Shown piece by piece: positions 1-10,411 of a DNA stretch of 64,000 nucleotides. A model generated the notes under the pieces. It was not told the DNA's origin. It worked only from the letters and a program-made list of their open reading frames with translations, and made no database searches. Location: contig DASPKX010000147.1 in assembly GCA_035627835.1 (NCBI GenBank), positions 8,964 through 72,963 on the forward strand, written 5' to 3'. The stretch is from Candidatus Methylomirabilota bacterium (lineage in GTDB: Bacteria; Verrucomicrobiota; Verrucomicrobiia; Limisphaerales; SXQI01). The first letter of the stretch is position 1. Each line of letters starts with the position of its first letter. Both the position numbers and the translations under genes were made by a program.

Positions 1-1
1 C

Positions 2-493
2 GCCATTGGGAGCGCGGCTGGGCATCCTATTTCGCTGATTGCGCTGAATGACTTTGTTATCAGCCGCGGCGCGGTGTCGCGCTTGATTGAACTGGACGTG
101 TTCATCAACGAGCAAAGCCTCACGCGGTATCGTTGCGATGGATTGATCATCAGCTCACCCACCGGCTCCACAGCGTACTCGCTGGCGGCAGGCGGCGCAG
201 TCGTCAGTCCCGACGCAGAGGTGCTCACGCTGACTCCTATTTGCCCGCACACGCTCTCGAATCGCTCGGTGATCGTGCGGCTCGATGCGGTGGTGCGGAT
301 TGAGGCGCTCAGCGGGAAAGTGGACATGTTCCTGACGGCGGATGGGCAAGAGCAACTCGCATTGCAGTCCGGAGATTCCATCACCATCCGGCAAAGTGAT
401 CGCTCCGTTCGTTTGGTGCGGTTGCCAGGAAGCTCTTTCTTTGACACTTTGCGGCAGAAGTTGAACTGGCGCGGCTCTCACGTGACCCATTGA
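2..493 (+). CDS. nadK: NAD(+) kinase, C-terminal part (5' end outside window)
   Basis: The frame is open from base 2 and reads ...IALNDFVISRG. It contains the NAD kinase motifs DGLIISSPTGSTAYSLAAGG, TPICPH and DGQ. Confidence 0.93.
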   Translation, partial: AIGSAAGHPISLIALNDFVISRGAVSRLIELDVFINEQSLTRYRCDGLIISSPTGSTAYSLAAGGAVVSPDAEVLTLTPICPHTLSNRSVIVRLDAVVRIEALSGKVDMFLTADGQEQLALQSGDSITIRQSDRSVRLVRLPGSSFFDTLRQKLNWRGSHVTH

Positions 494-494
494 T

Positions 495-1562
495 ATGATC
501 CGCTTAAAAGATATAGCTGCAGCAGCTGGCGTGTCGGTGATGACCGTCTCGAAGGTGCTGCGTGACGCGCCGGACATCTCAGCGGCCACGAAGATCAAGA
601 TCCGCCAGTTGGCGGAGCAAATGGGGTACGTGCCCGACACGATGGCCCAAAGCCTGCGCACACGGACCACGAAGTTGTTCGGTCTGGTCATCCCCGCCGC
701 CACCAACCAGAACTTCGCCCGCGTGATCATGGCAATCGAAGAGCAGGCCTACGAGCTGGGCTTCGATGTCATCCTTGCGCACACGCTCAATGATGAGAGA
801 CGCGAAGAAACCGTCATTCGCAAACTGCTCGCGCGGCGCGTGCATGGGTTGTTCATCGTGCCTGTTTACCGCCTCGCGCCGGAAGTGCCTATTTACAAGG
901 AATTGGCTGAGCGCAAAGTCCCGACGATCATCCTTGGGCATCGCGCGCCGTTCTGCGGACACTTCCCTGCGGTTGAAAGCGACGACCTCACGGGCAGCTA
1001 TCAACTGACTCAGCATCTCATCCAGGAAGGCCACCGCAGGATTGCTTACCTGAGCGGGCCGGTTTACGCGCCTGCGGCCACTGAGCGAATTGAAGGTTAT
1101 CGCCGCGCGCTGCGCGAAGCGCACATTTTCCCTGACGACCGGCTGGTTTACTCCGCGGGCAACACTCTGGAAGAAGGCGAAGCGGTCGCGCGGCTGCTGC
1201 TGAAAGAGCGTCCGGACATCACGGCGATCCAAGCCTTCAATGACACCGTCGCGGTCGGCGTTTGCTCTGTGTTGAAGAAGGAAGGGATCCGCATCCCGGA
1301 AGACATTTCCGTGGTCGGTTTCGGCAACATTCTACTCGCGGAATATGGATGCGTCCCGCTCACCACCGCGCGCCAGCCGAAGCAGCGCATGGGGCGGGCT
1401 GCGGTGGGTATGATGACGAAGCTGCTGGCCTCTCAGCAGGTGGACACGCAACGGCTGCCGACACCGATCATTGCGCGCTCCAGCACCGCGACTCCGCCTC
1501 CGACACCGGTGTTTCAGCGGAATGCGGAACCACCGACTGAGGCCGCTCCAGACCAGGAGTGA
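495..1562 (+). CDS. LacI-family transcriptional regulator
   Basis: N-terminal HTH LKDIAAAAGVSVMTVSKVL, hinge and a periplasmic-binding-type sensor domain (IPEDISVVGF, PLTT). Starts 1 bp after the nadK stop. Confidence 0.95.
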   Translation: MIRLKDIAAAAGVSVMTVSKVLRDAPDISAATKIKIRQLAEQMGYVPDTMAQSLRTRTTKLFGLVIPAATNQNFARVIMAIEEQAYELGFDVILAHTLNDERREETVIRKLLARRVHGLFIVPVYRLAPEVPIYKELAERKVPTIILGHRAPFCGHFPAVESDDLTGSYQLTQHLIQEGHRRIAYLSGPVYAPAATERIEGYRRALREAHIFPDDRLVYSAGNTLEEGEAVARLLLKERPDITAIQAFNDTVAVGVCSVLKKEGIRIPEDISVVGFGNILLAEYGCVPLTTARQPKQRMGRAAVGMMTKLLASQQVDTQRLPTPIIARSSTATPPPTPVFQRNAEPPTEAAPDQE

Positions 1563-2695
1563 AGCTCTTTCGCCAACTGAGACAACTGTTCTAAAGAGTG
1601 CCGTGCTGTCAGAGTGACCCGCAGCCGAGCCTGACCGCGTTTTACCGTTGGATAACGAATCGCAGGAACGAGCATTCCTTTGTCCCAAAGCGCCTGGGCG
1701 GCAGCTAACGCGCGTTGCTCATCCCCCAGCAGAATGGGAACGATCGGGCTGGCAGCTCGGATATCAAGCTCGCGCGCAAATCGTTCTATACGCTCCCACA
1801 GCAGCGCATTTAACTGAGCCCCTTCATCGCTCGCGAGCAACTGCAAACCAGCGGAAGCTGCCGCAGCCGCAGCGGGGACAGGGGCAGTCGAGAAGATGAA
1901 GGATCGAGCCTTGTTGATGAGAAGGTCGATGAGCTTCCGGGAACCGGCGATGTATCCGCCTGACGCACCCACAGCTTTGCCAAGGGTCCCCATCTGCACC
2001 TCCACCTGATTGGTGAGCCCGGCCTGCTGGATGAGCCCCGCTCGCCTCTGACCGAACACGCCAGTGGCATGCGCTTCATCCACCATTAACCACGCGCCAT
2101 GCTTCGCCTTAAGCGCAACCAACTCGGTGAGTGGCGCGAGATCGCCATCCATGGAGAAGACGCTTTCGGTGACAATCAGCGTGCGGCCATTCGCCTTTTC
2201 CTGATTCAGGATCGTTTCAAGCGAGTTGAGGTCATTATGGCGGAAGACGCGGAGTTCAGCGCCGCTCAATCGGCAGGCATCCACGATCGAAGCATGAACG
2301 AGGCGATCAACAATCACTCGGTCCGAGCTGGAGAGGAGCGCTGGAATGCAACCGACAGCAGTGGCGTAGCCAGTGGAAAAAGAGAGCGCGGCTTCAACGC
2401 CTTTGAACGCAGCAATAGCTTCATCCAATTGGTGGTGCGGCTGCAATGAGCCGCAGATCAAACGCGAAGCCCCGGCCCCCGCGCCGTAATCGCGAACCGC
2501 CCGCTGGGCGGCTTCCACCAAGGTTTGATGCGTGGCTAAACCGAGGTAATCATTGGAGGAGAAGTTAAGAACGGGTCGCCCGTTGATCGTCAGTTCGACG
2601 CCCTGGGCTGAGTCGATTTGCCGCAACGAGCGCGTCAGTTTCGCTTCGCGGATGCGACCCAGCTCCGCTTCAAGATGATCCTCAAACGCGTTCAT
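1514..2695 (-). CDS. bioF: 8-amino-7-oxononanoate synthase (alpha-oxoamine synthase family)
   Basis: Motifs NFSSNDYLGL, HASIVD, ESVFSMDGD, VDEAHATGV and the PLP lysine in GTLGKAVG. Start moved to ATG 2695 (MNAFEDHL). Confidence 0.85.
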   Translation of the reverse strand: MNAFEDHLEAELGRIREAKLTRSLRQIDSAQGVELTINGRPVLNFSSNDYLGLATHQTLVEAAQRAVRDYGAGAGASRLICGSLQPHHQLDEAIAAFKGVEAALSFSTGYATAVGCIPALLSSSDRVIVDRLVHASIVDACRLSGAELRVFRHNDLNSLETILNQEKANGRTLIVTESVFSMDGDLAPLTELVALKAKHGAWLMVDEAHATGVFGQRRAGLIQQAGLTNQVEVQMGTLGKAVGASGGYIAGSRKLIDLLINKARSFIFSTAPVPAAAAAASAGLQLLASDEGAQLNALLWERIERFARELDIRAASPIVPILLGDEQRALAAAQALWDKGMLVPAIRYPTVKRGQARLRVTLTARHSLEQLSQLAKELHSWSGAASVGGSAFR

Positions 2696-3599
2696 CCGCA
2701 GCGACGGAAAGAAGTTGGCGCTTCTCTGGCGGCTTCCACCGTTTGTGAACCCAGAACCAATTGGCAGGATCGCGCCGGACGGCAGCTTCAAGATGGGCGT
2801 TCACCTCGGACATCACGTCGGCCGTTTTTCGCGGCTCACCATCCGCAGTGTGCAACGCGATTTCGGGGCCGACCTCAATGCGCCAGTGGGCGAGCTTCGT
2901 CCGGTAGCAGATGGCGCTGAAGAGGCGCGCGTCATAGCGAAGGGCGAGGACAGCGGGAGCGGTCGAGGTTGAGCAGGAACGGCCGAAGAACGGAACCCAG
3001 ACGCCACTGCGGCCGGCATGCTGATCGGAGAGCAACCCGATCATGACGCGGCCTTTATTCATGGCGGTTTTTAAAGCGTCTGCATCTGTTCGGCGTTCGA
3101 AGAAGACGCAATGGGATTTAGAGCGAAGCTCCTGCATGAGGCGAGTGAGCGCGGGTTGCCGGAGAGCGCGATAGGTGGTGGCAAAAGTGTATTCGCCCAC
3201 CTTGAAGTTGGCCCGGGCGTAGAGTTCGAAGTTGCCAAAATGGCCGATGGCCACGACCAGGTTCTGCCCTCGGGCGGCATACGGAGCGAGCGGTTCAACT
3301 CCAACTGTCTCGAGGCGTTCCGCGACTGCGGCCTCACTCATGAAAGCGGTCTTTATGGCGCAGCAATAATTCTCTCCAAGCCGCTTAAAATTCTCGCGGG
3401 CCAGGGCGCGGATTTCCGCTTCTGTTCGCTCCCCTTGAAAGGCGGCTGTGAGGTTGTTCAACGCTACCTTCCGATGCCGCGCATCCAGGGTGTAAGCAAT
3501 TGCCCCGAGCGCTCTGCCGATGCGGGCGACCAGATCGAGCGGTAGCATGGAGATGCCGCCGATGATGATTCGAACTGTCCAATAGAGAAGAAAGTCCAT
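2682..3599 (-). CDS. Lipid A late acyltransferase (LpxL/HtrB family)
   Basis: HFGNFE acyltransferase motif, DQH, FFG and C-terminal NWFWVHKRWK. Start at ATG 3599, directly after the lpxK stop. Confidence 0.9.
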   Translation of the reverse strand: MDFLLYWTVRIIIGGISMLPLDLVARIGRALGAIAYTLDARHRKVALNNLTAAFQGERTEAEIRALARENFKRLGENYCCAIKTAFMSEAAVAERLETVGVEPLAPYAARGQNLVVAIGHFGNFELYARANFKVGEYTFATTYRALRQPALTRLMQELRSKSHCVFFERRTDADALKTAMNKGRVMIGLLSDQHAGRSGVWVPFFGRSCSTSTAPAVLALRYDARLFSAICYRTKLAHWRIEVGPEIALHTADGEPRKTADVMSEVNAHLEAAVRRDPANWFWVHKRWKPPEKRQLLSVAADERV

Positions 3600-3601
3600 G
3601 C

Positions 3602-4774
3602 TTACCGGAAGCAGATTTGGCGCACGCAATCCTGAAAGTCGGTGGCACCTTTCAGTATCTTGATCTCGACACGCATGAAGTAAAACGGGAGATCCCGTCG
3701 ATCAATTTTAGGGAACCGGACGGCGTCCTTTTGGGTGGTGACGATGATCTGAGCCTGCCGCTTCTTGCTGCGGTTAATGACGTTCAGAATCTCCTGCTGG
3801 CTGAAGCGATGATGATCGGCGAAGCGCTTTGTGTAGACGACTTCTGCCCCGAGCTTCTTGAGGCTGTTCTCAAAGCTTTCCGGCTGGGCGATGCCGCTCA
3901 AGGTGGCGACTCGCTTGCCGACGAGGAACTCCAATCCCTGGCGCTCACCGGTGAATACATCTTCGAAGTAAAGAGGCTCATGAATGCACTCGATGATCCC
4001 GGCAGTGGGATTGAGTTGCGTGATCCGCTTGCGCAAAGCCGTTGTGTCACCACCTGTCTTGGTAATGAAGATCGTGCTGGCACGGGCCAAGTGCGGCGGC
4101 GGCTCCCGGAGGGTTCCGCGGGGAAGCATGTGCTCGTTGCCGAACGGCTGCTGGTAATCGATGAGCACGATGTCCCGCCGGCGGCCACGCAGCTTCCAAT
4201 ATTGAAAACCATCGTCGAGCAGCAGCGTGTCGCAGCCAAAGCGCTCGATGGCGTAACGGCCGCTCTTCACGCGATCCTTATCCACGAGCACCACCACGTT
4301 CTTGAGATTGCTGGCGAGCATGTAGGGCTCGTCGCCCGCAGTTTCGGAATCGAGCAACAGGTTCTTGCCATCGGAGACCACGCGGGGCGGGGAGCTTTCG
4401 TGGCGAAAGAGGAGTTTGTCCTTCAACCGTTTGGAAATTGGCGGCGGCTTGGACCGATAACCACGGGAGAGGATGGCGACGTGGCGGCCCTGGGCCTGAA
4501 GTTCGCGGGCGAATTTTTCCACGACCGGCGTTTTGCCGGTGCCGCCTACGGTCAAGTTGCCGATGGCAATCACCTGCACGCCAAGGGTTGAGTCGCGCAG
4601 GATGCGGGCGTCGTAGAGAAATTTGCGAACCTTAACCGCGACCGTGAAGACCTTGGAGAGCGAGAAAAGAACAGCTCGGGCCACCTGCGCCTTGCCGTCC
4701 TGACGGTCCCCGAGGATGACTTCGAGAACGAACGTCTCGAAGTTTTCCACACGGTTCCGGAGTTGCTCACGCAT
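3602..4774 (-). CDS. lpxK: Tetraacyldisaccharide 4'-kinase
   Basis: [14 protein letters not shown]-loop, [24 protein letters not shown]-x-DHH and TTQKD motifs. Confidence 0.95.
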   Translation of the reverse strand: MREQLRNRVENFETFVLEVILGDRQDGKAQVARAVLFSLSKVFTVAVKVRKFLYDARILRDSTLGVQVIAIGNLTVGGTGKTPVVEKFARELQAQGRHVAILSRGYRSKPPPISKRLKDKLLFRHESSPPRVVSDGKNLLLDSETAGDEPYMLASNLKNVVVLVDKDRVKSGRYAIERFGCDTLLLDDGFQYWKLRGRRRDIVLIDYQQPFGNEHMLPRGTLREPPPHLARASTIFITKTGGDTTALRKRITQLNPTAGIIECIHEPLYFEDVFTGERQGLEFLVGKRVATLSGIAQPESFENSLKKLGAEVVYTKRFADHHRFSQQEILNVINRSKKRQAQIIVTTQKDAVRFPKIDRRDLPFYFMRVEIKILKGATDFQDCVRQICFR

Positions 4775-4913
4775 CGGTCCGGTATCTAAGGAGTTTCGGG
4801 AGGGCGAAGCAAGGAACGATGCGCCCAGCAGGGGTCAAACAGGGGTGGTGCAAAAATCGCCTAATCACCCTCGATTATTGTGAAAGGAGCGCTATCTTCT
4901 CGGCTCGTTTCGC

Positions 4914-6572
4914 GTGAACAAAACTGAACAACGCCCTGTGCGGGTCGGGATGGTGGCTCTTGGCTGCGCCAAGAACCTGGTCGATGCCGAGATTATGCTT
5001 GGATCCCTCATGAAAGAGGGAATGGAACTGACCAACGACGCTGCCAGCGCTGACGTGCTGATCGTCAATACCTGCTCCTTCATCGACGCGGCGCAGGAGG
5101 AAAGCGTGGACACCATCCTGGAGTCCGACGCACTGCGCGCGGCTCACAATCGAGGCCAGGGCTTGATCGTATCCGGCTGCCTGCCCCAACGCTTCCGCGA
5201 CGAGCTTCCAAAGCTGCTCCCGGAAGTCGATGCATTCATGGGTGTGGACCAGGTGGCGCAAGCGCCTGAGATCGTGCGGCAAGCGTTGGCGCATCGTTCG
5301 CTGCGGCTGGAAGGCGCGGAGACGCCGAAGAGCAAAGGCAAAAAGAAGATCGTTCAGAAGCTCGAGGAGCTGAACAAAGCCAAGCCGACAGACCATGAAG
5401 TTGAGGAAAGTCTTCGGGGGACGGATAAATTCGGCAACACTAAGAAGGTTCTCGCTCCTTTAGCCCCGATCGTTGAGGTCAACCAACGCCCCACTTTCAT
5501 CCCTGATTTCGGCACGCCACGCTTCCGCCTGACGCCAGCTCATTTTGCTTACGTGAAGATTGCCGAAGGGTGCAATCACCCTTGCAGCTTCTGCATCATT
5601 CCCCGCATGCGTGGCGGGCATCGCAGCCGAGCGCTGCCGGACATTGTGCAGGAAGTGCGTGAACTGGTGGCCCAAGGAGTAAAGGAGATCAACCTGATCT
5701 CGCAGGACTCCACGTATTACGGATTGGACTTTAGGCCGAATCGGACTGGCTCTATTGCGGCTCCCGACAAGTTCCGGGAAGCAGCATTGGCTCTTCCGAG
5801 CGACACACCGACCCTTTGCACGTTGCTCCGCGAACTGAATGCGATTCCGGGCGACTTCTGGATCCGCCTCCTCTACACGCATCCGGCGCATTGGACGGAC
5901 GAACTCATTCGCACTATCGCCGAATGCCCCAAGGTCGTTCGCTATATCGATATGCCTTTGCAGCATATCCATGGAACGATGCTGGAGCGGATGCGCCGCG
6001 AAACATCGCAGCAGTATATCGTGGACCTGATCGCCAAAATCCGAGCGGGAATCCCGAACATTGCTATTCGCACCACGTTCATCGTTGGGTTTCCTGGGGA
6101 AACGGAAGAATACTTCCAGACCCTGCTGCAGTTCATCACTGAAACGAAGTTCGAGCGCCTTGGTGTGTTTACATACTCGCAGGAAAGCGGAACACGCGCC
6201 GCCAGCATGGCTCAGCAAATTCCAGACAAAGTGAAGCAGCGGCGCAAAGACCTCGCGATGGCCGCACAACGCAAGATCGCGGAGGAAGTTTCCAACCGCT
6301 TTGTCGGACGCACGGTGAAAGCCCTTGTGGAGAAAGCCGCGACTGCTGAAGACCTTAGCGGCGCGAATGTTTCCTCATGGGAGCATGGTCTGATTCGCGA
6401 TCAACAACCGGAACGCGCGTTGAAAGGCAAATACCTCGTCGCGCGTGGGGAAGCAGATGCGCCGGATATCGACGGTCGCATCTACGTTCGCGGCAAAGTT
6501 CCTATTGGTGAGTTCGCAATGCTCAAGATCATTGGCCATACGGCCTATGATTTGATTGCGGAACCGGCTTAA
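4914..6572 (+). CDS. rimO: Ribosomal protein S12 methylthiotransferase
   Basis: LGCAKNLVDAE and NTCSFI N-terminal motifs, radical SAM CNHPCSFC, and C-terminal TRAM with APDIDG. Longer than typical because of insertions. Confidence 0.95.
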   Translation: MNKTEQRPVRVGMVALGCAKNLVDAEIMLGSLMKEGMELTNDAASADVLIVNTCSFIDAAQEESVDTILESDALRAAHNRGQGLIVSGCLPQRFRDELPKLLPEVDAFMGVDQVAQAPEIVRQALAHRSLRLEGAETPKSKGKKKIVQKLEELNKAKPTDHEVEESLRGTDKFGNTKKVLAPLAPIVEVNQRPTFIPDFGTPRFRLTPAHFAYVKIAEGCNHPCSFCIIPRMRGGHRSRALPDIVQEVRELVAQGVKEINLISQDSTYYGLDFRPNRTGSIAAPDKFREAALALPSDTPTLCTLLRELNAIPGDFWIRLLYTHPAHWTDELIRTIAECPKVVRYIDMPLQHIHGTMLERMRRETSQQYIVDLIAKIRAGIPNIAIRTTFIVGFPGETEEYFQTLLQFITETKFERLGVFTYSQESGTRAASMAQQIPDKVKQRRKDLAMAAQRKIAEEVSNRFVGRTVKALVEKAATAEDLSGANVSSWEHGLIRDQQPERALKGKYLVARGEADAPDIDGRIYVRGKVPIGEFAMLKIIGHTAYDLIAEPA

Positions 6573-6582
6573 GAAGGATACC

Positions 6583-6604
6583 CCCGGTCGGTGACCGGGC
6601 TTTC
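6583..6604 (+). terminator. Putative hairpin terminator after rimO
   Basis: CCCGGTC-GGT-GACCGGG perfect 7-bp stem followed by CTTTC, between convergent genes. The U-tract is short. Confidence 0.4.
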
Positions 6605-6633
6605 AGAAGCCGGGCCGCGAGTGCGCCACGCTA

Positions 6634-7803
6634 CTAGTCGTCGTGCTTCTTTTTCTTTCGCTCCTTGCGCTCTGAGCTGGTTTCCACGTGCTCGGATTGG
6701 CGCAAGCTGCGGGGACGGTCAGGGTCGCGATCTCTATTTTCCCGCGCATAGCCGCTTTCTTCCTCTCGGGACGATCTCTTGATGGGGCCCTGGTGGAACC
6801 GATCGATATGCTCGCGCATATCACCGAAGCGTCCTGCTTCACGAGCGTACGGCCGTTGCCGCTCCCAATTGGTTTCACTGTGCGGATACGAAGGCTGCCC
6901 TTCGCGACCGATGTAGTATGGGTCGTTGTAATGCGCCTCCTCATCACGGCGACGGCGATGCTCCCGCTCGCGCGATTCCTCGAATTCCTCCCCGCGGTTG
7001 GTGTTCCAGCCTCCCTGGTATGCGCCACCGCCCTGCCGCTCGGTCCAGCGCTCCCCTTCCCTGCCCCAGCCGCCTTCGCCGAGGCCGCGCTCGTAAGTGT
7101 CGCGGTTGCGCTCAGGGGGGCGTCGCGACTCGAAGCGTTCGTAATCGTGGCCGCGGTCGTCCTGCTCCCAACCTCCTTCCTGGCGGCGACGCTCCTGCGG
7201 CCATCCACCATACTGGCTTGGGCCGCTGCTCCTGTAGTCACGGTCCGGTCGGCGTGAGTCGTCGCGATAGTGATCACGAGACGGATCGCGGCCGTGCTGA
7301 GATTCATAACGCTCGCGGGAGCCGCGATCCTCGCGATACGGCCCACCCTGCTGTGAGCGCAGTTCTCCCCGGCGGCCTTCTTCCTGCGCGCGGCGCCACT
7401 CGCGTTCATCGTGCTGGCCCCAGCCTTGATTCTGCTCTCCGGCCCAACGTCCGTGCTGGTTGCTGCGGAACTGCTGGTTCTCCTCAGGGTCGCGGCGGCG
7501 GGCCCATTGGCCGCCGTGCTCGCCTATGCCATTCTGCGCGCGCCAACGCTCTTCCTCATAATCGCGCTCGCGCCCGCGCTCGGGTTCGCGTTCTGGAGGA
7601 CGGCTGGAGCGAAAGGTGGATTGATAGCGCTCCGGGCCGTTGCCGCGCTCCCAACTTTCATTGCCAACGCCGCCATAATCGCGCTCGCGGCTGCCTTCCC
7701 CGCGGAAAGCTTCGCGGCCATATTCCCGGTGGCGGCGTTCATCTACATCCTCGCGGCGCCGGTTGGATGGACGCCGATTACCCTCATAACGATCTTCGCT
7801 CAC
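6634..7803 (-). CDS. Hypothetical Arg/Glu/Gly/Asp-rich low-complexity protein
   Basis: 389-aa open frame with a GTG start preceded by AGGAGG at 8-nt spacing. Almost no aliphatic residues and no recognisable folded domain. Confidence 0.75.
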   Translation of the reverse strand: MSEDRYEGNRRPSNRRREDVDERRHREYGREAFRGEGSRERDYGGVGNESWERGNGPERYQSTFRSSRPPEREPERGRERDYEEERWRAQNGIGEHGGQWARRRDPEENQQFRSNQHGRWAGEQNQGWGQHDEREWRRAQEEGRRGELRSQQGGPYREDRGSRERYESQHGRDPSRDHYRDDSRRPDRDYRSSGPSQYGGWPQERRRQEGGWEQDDRGHDYERFESRRPPERNRDTYERGLGEGGWGREGERWTERQGGGAYQGGWNTNRGEEFEESREREHRRRRDEEAHYNDPYYIGREGQPSYPHSETNWERQRPYAREAGRFGDMREHIDRFHQGPIKRSSREEESGYARENRDRDPDRPRSLRQSEHVETSSERKERKKKKHDD

Positions 7804-7954
7804 GATAGAATCCTCCTGCCGAAAACCTAATTCTCGAACGGGAGGATGCTATGGGGATTTAGTCCCCTTTACGGTTACGTGATTCCTGTAGGGCCTGAGG
7901 AAGGGCCCGCAGCTGCGCAGGCTTTCGCAGATTAAAAATCCGGCAGGACTTATG

Positions 7955-8087
7955 AACCACGAAGAGCACGAAGAGCACGAAGTTTGGAAGAAGAGGTGAG
8001 ATTGAGCAATTGGATGTAGAAATGGGTTCTACTGCCTTATGCCGCATTCGGTTTCTGTTCTTCGTGTGCTTCGTGAGCTTCGTGGTT
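7955..8087. repeat. REP-like inverted repeat pair built from 9-bp CACGAAG units
   Basis: 7955-7982 AACCACGAAGAGCACGAAGAGCACGAAG versus the reverse complement of 8060-8087, AACCACGAAGCTCACGAAGCACACGAAG. Intergenic. Confidence 0.75.
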
Positions 8088-8098
8088 AAGTGCCGGTC

Positions 8099-9187
8099 TT
8101 AAGCTTTACGGACGCCGAGGCCGAGGGTCTGTTGGCAGTACTTGATGCTGCGTTCGAGTTGCTGCTTTTGGTACTCTTGCTCCGCAACTTTGCGATCGCC
8201 CTGGGGCTGGAAGCTGTCCATCGCTTTACCGCGTTTGGCCAGAGCGACGAACTTTGCGAAATCCGCTGCTTTAACTTTCGCGTAAGGTGGCCAGAACTCG
8301 GATTTGAGGTAAGGGAATGGGCGGGCGAAGCCGGAAATGATTTCCAATTGAACGGGGCATTCAGGAGCCAGTTCTTTCAGGCGAGCCATATACTTCTTCC
8401 AATCGACGAGGCCATCACCCATGGCTGTCCACTGCACGGATGCGCCTTCGGGTGTCTCCCAGATCATGGAGTCGCGGATACCGGAAGTGACGGCGTATTT
8501 GCCGAGGACTTCCAAGTTGACCATTGGATCTTCAAGTGTCCAGGTGGCGTTGCCTGAGTCGATAGTGCAACCGACGTAATCGGCTCCCGCTTCTTCGATC
8601 AGTTCGACCAACTCCCAGCCTTGCATGTCGCCAGCGTGGTTTTCGATGGCAATTTTCACGCCGGCGTCTTTCGCCTGCGAGCGGACCGCTTTGCAGACCT
8701 TCACTACTTCCTTCATTCGGGTGTAGATGCCGCCTTCAGCTTTGCGGTCATCTGCGCTGCCGAGGAAACAGCGGGCGACCGGAGAACCGAGAGCTTTGGC
8801 CACGCGAATGGTCAGGCCGAGAAGCTCTTCAGCGCTGCCCCACTTCTTGTTGAACATGCGGGAGCTTTCGCAAATCCCGCCGGTGCCCACATGAACCTCG
8901 AGCCCCAAATCCGCGGCTTTCTTCTTGAGATCCTTGAGGTAGCTCTCGCTGTGGTTCTCGTAAACATCGAGGTCCGAGAAGAAGACCATGTCCACCTTCT
9001 GCGCGGCCGCATATTCCATCAGTTGCGGCGCTTTCCACCCGAGGGCGCGGATGGAGAAGTTGTCGAAACCGAGCTTGGTTCCCTTGCCCGATTGCGCGAG
9101 GGCAGCGGGCGAGGAGAGGGCAAGCCCCGCTCCAGCTAAAGCGACAGATTTGATAAACTCCCGGCGAGAAGGCGCGAATGAATTCAT
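8099..9187 (-). CDS. Tat-exported sugar phosphate isomerase/epimerase (xylose-isomerase-like TIM barrel)
   Basis: Tat signal [18 protein letters not shown]...ALAQ. Family motifs [15 protein letters not shown]-x-VDW and LEIISG. Start moved to ATG 9187. Confidence 0.85.
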   Translation of the reverse strand: MNSFAPSRREFIKSVALAGAGLALSSPAALAQSGKGTKLGFDNFSIRALGWKAPQLMEYAAAQKVDMVFFSDLDVYENHSESYLKDLKKKAADLGLEVHVGTGGICESSRMFNKKWGSAEELLGLTIRVAKALGSPVARCFLGSADDRKAEGGIYTRMKEVVKVCKAVRSQAKDAGVKIAIENHAGDMQGWELVELIEEAGADYVGCTIDSGNATWTLEDPMVNLEVLGKYAVTSGIRDSMIWETPEGASVQWTAMGDGLVDWKKYMARLKELAPECPVQLEIISGFARPFPYLKSEFWPPYAKVKAADFAKFVALAKRGKAMDSFQPQGDRKVAEQEYQKQQLERSIKYCQQTLGLGVRKA

Positions 9188-9206
9188 AAATGGCGAAGCC
9201 GCAGTT

Positions 9207-10355
9207 TTAGTATTTCGGGACCGAGTGGTCAATTTCATCCGCCCAGGCAAGGATGCCGCCTTTGACGTTCTTCAGGTATTTGAAGCCTTGCTCACGCAGG
9301 AAGCCCAACGCCTTCATGGAACGAACGCCACTCTTGCAGTGGATGTAGTATTGCTGGTTGGGGTCCAGTTCAGTGAAGCGTTGGCCCAGCGCGCTGAGGG
9401 GAAGGAGTTTCACCCCCTTGATGTGGGCGATGTCCCATTCATCCTGCTCGCGAACGTCGATGACCTGGATGCCGGCTTTTGGATCATCGAGAGCTTTCTT
9501 CATTTGCTGAACGGTGACTTCGTCCGGGTTGCTGTCGGGCACTGCGGGCTCCGGGGTGATGCCGCAGAACTGCTCGTAATCGATGAGTTCCTTGATGGTC
9601 GGATTCTCCCCGCAAATCGGGCATTGCGGATCCTTGCGCAGCTTCAACTCGCGGAACTTCATGTCGAGCGCGTTGAAGAGCATCAGGCGGCCGATGAGCG
9701 GCGTCCCTTTGCCGAGAGCCAGCTTGAGAATTTCCGTGGCTTGGATGCAGCCGATGATGCCCGGGAGAACGCCAAGCACACCGCCTTCCGCGCAGCTCGG
9801 AACCATGCCTGGAGGCGGGGGCTCTGGATACAAGCAGCGATAGCAAGGCCCGCCGAGGTGCGGAGCGAAGACGCTGGCCTGGCCTTCGAAACGGAAAATT
9901 GAGCCGTAAACATTCGGCTTCTTGAGGAGCACGCAAGCGTCGTTCGTCAGGTAACGAGTAGGAAAATTGTCCGTGCCGTCGACCACGATGTCGTATTGGC
10001 CAACGATGTCCAAAGCGTTCTCGCTGGAGATCCGGGAACGGTGCGCAACCACTTCCACGTTCGGGTTGATGCTGTTGATGGTTTCCTTGGCCGAATCGGT
10101 CTTTGGACGACCCACATCATCAGTGCCGTGGATGATCTGGCGTTGCAGGTTGGAAAAATCGACGGTGTCGAAATCAACGAGGCCGATTTTCCCCACGCCC
10201 GCAGCGGCGAGATACATCGCGATTGGGGAGCCGAGGCCGCCTGCGCCAATGCAGAGAACGCTGGTGGAACAAATCTTCTTCTGCCCCGCAAGCCCGACTT
10301 CCGGAAGAATCAGGTGTCGCGAGTAGCGGCGGATTTCATCGTTGTTTAATTGCAT
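9207..10355 (-). CDS. moeB: MoeB/MoeZ-type adenylyltransferase with C-terminal rhodanese domain
   Basis: [35 protein letters not shown] and CPIC motifs, plus rhodanese HCKSGVRS. Confidence 0.92.
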   Translation of the reverse strand: MQLNNDEIRRYSRHLILPEVGLAGQKKICSTSVLCIGAGGLGSPIAMYLAAAGVGKIGLVDFDTVDFSNLQRQIIHGTDDVGRPKTDSAKETINSINPNVEVVAHRSRISSENALDIVGQYDIVVDGTDNFPTRYLTNDACVLLKKPNVYGSIFRFEGQASVFAPHLGGPCYRCLYPEPPPPGMVPSCAEGGVLGVLPGIIGCIQATEILKLALGKGTPLIGRLMLFNALDMKFRELKLRKDPQCPICGENPTIKELIDYEQFCGITPEPAVPDSNPDEVTVQQMKKALDDPKAGIQVIDVREQDEWDIAHIKGVKLLPLSALGQRFTELDPNQQYYIHCKSGVRSMKALGFLREQGFKYLKNVKGGILAWADEIDHSVPKY

Positions 10356-10411
10356 GCGGGAGATTATTCCAAGCTGGCCAAAACGCCAGCAAGCAGAATC
10401 CCTGTCATTTA

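Noticed and set aside
1514-1562. 49-bp convergent overlap of the LacI regulator and bioF
   Set aside because: Both tails are low-information extensions. Such 3' overlaps are common in GC-rich genomes.
4828-4847. CAGGGGTCAAACAGGGGT resembling the element end
   Set aside because: Only about 8 bp match GGGGTCAA in GC-rich DNA, compatible with chance.
6603-7830. Long overlapping ORFs (6688-7257, 6918-7808, 7411-7830 on +; 6603-7409 on -)
   Set aside because: Shadow frames of the low-complexity gene, which has the ribosome-binding site. Their hydrophobic look is the antisense of charged codons.
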